From the IMG/VR virus record IMGVR_UViG_3300020477_001611, positions 1-64,000 of that record: a DNA stretch of 64,000 nt. One strand, 5' to 3'. Both the position numbers and the translations under genes were made by a program. The notes beneath the pieces were generated by a model. That model had not been told where the DNA came from, ran no database searches, and saw nothing but the letters and a program-made list of their open reading frames with translations. Positions 63,673-64,000 of the stretch are shown here, piece after piece. The first letter of the stretch is position 1. Each line of letters opens with the position of its first letter. Source of the DNA: a virus.

Positions 63673-64000
63673 CTATAGAAATTGATTCTCAATATCCAAT
63701 TCTAACTTATCTGACACCCCCAAAGTTGGAATAATATATTCTATCTGTAAGACAACCATATTTTTTTCTCTTATCAGGTCGGTCTTTAAATTCGTTATGT
63801 TTATATAAGGTAAATATTTAGATGTTTGATCAAATACTCGTTCTCTCAAAAGCTCTAAAGTTTCGGAAGTGACACTCTCAAACAACATCCGTTGAAATCC
63901 GACGCCAAAATTAACATCCATAATCTTTTCACCGGGCATTGTTAAAACCATGTGCTTAAAGTTTTGTTTTGCGGTCTCTGATAAGTCTTTTGTAAGTCCA
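63673..64000 (-). CDS. Baseplate wedge / sheath initiator (gp25-like), start outside the window
   Basis: AKQNFKHMVLTMPGEKIMDVNFGVG...LFE...YLPYI; the frame stays open to the window edge. Confidence 0.88.
   Translation of the reverse strand, partial: GLTKDLSETAKQNFKHMVLTMPGEKIMDVNFGVGFQRMLFESVTSETLELLRERVFDQTSKYLPYINITNLKTDLIREKNMVVLQIEYIIPTLGVSDKLELDIENQFL

Noticed and set aside
1-64000. All plus-strand ORFs and the short nested minus-strand ORFs in the track
   Set aside because: They are antisense or out-of-frame shadows of long motif-bearing genes, with no RBS or motif noticed. The exception is 14452..14703, kept as the frameshift extension.
1-64000. Alternative genetic code (stop-codon reassignment)
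   Set aside because: Core genes are full length under the standard code, and TAA, TAG and TGA all end genes at sensible positions.
1-64000. tRNA, rRNA, CRISPR arrays, integrase, transposase
   Set aside because: Intergenic gaps are nearly all under 100 bp and explained by promoters, terminators or micro-ORFs. None was seen by eye; tRNAscan or Infernal would be decisive.

Overview
The window is a continuous, gene-dense, entirely minus-strand segment of a large T4-like contractile-tailed phage, using the standard genetic code. In transcription order (high to low coordinates) it holds: baseplate genes (gp25-like, gp6/J-like, a 3140-aa LamG-bearing wedge protein and several unknowns); RuvC, primase and a fused Mre11/SbcD-Rad50/SbcC gene; a putative lysis cassette; terminase, portal, prohead protease, phage ribosomal protein bS21, scaffold, major capsid, neck, sheath, two tubes, tail chaperone and tape measure; then a replication block (truncated family-A polymerase, divergent tubulin/FtsZ-like protein, gp32 SSB, UvsX/RecA, 5'-3' exonuclease, gp41 helicase, class II ribonucleotide reductase running off the left edge). 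Reading the raw sequence revealed several things absent from the ORF track: a 22-aa, 9-Cys metallothionein-like microgene; a 43-aa basic YRGQGR peptide; a 25-aa CC peptide; a probable T7 programmed frameshift in the tail chaperone; a recurrent candidate late promoter (CTA[T/A]TTATA, the reverse complement of the T4 late box); a 15-bp palindrome combining a promoter, a terminator and an RBS; and strong enrichment of [S/T]-[G/A]-S tripeptides in many virion proteins. Family assignments rest on recognised motifs and synteny only; no searches were run.
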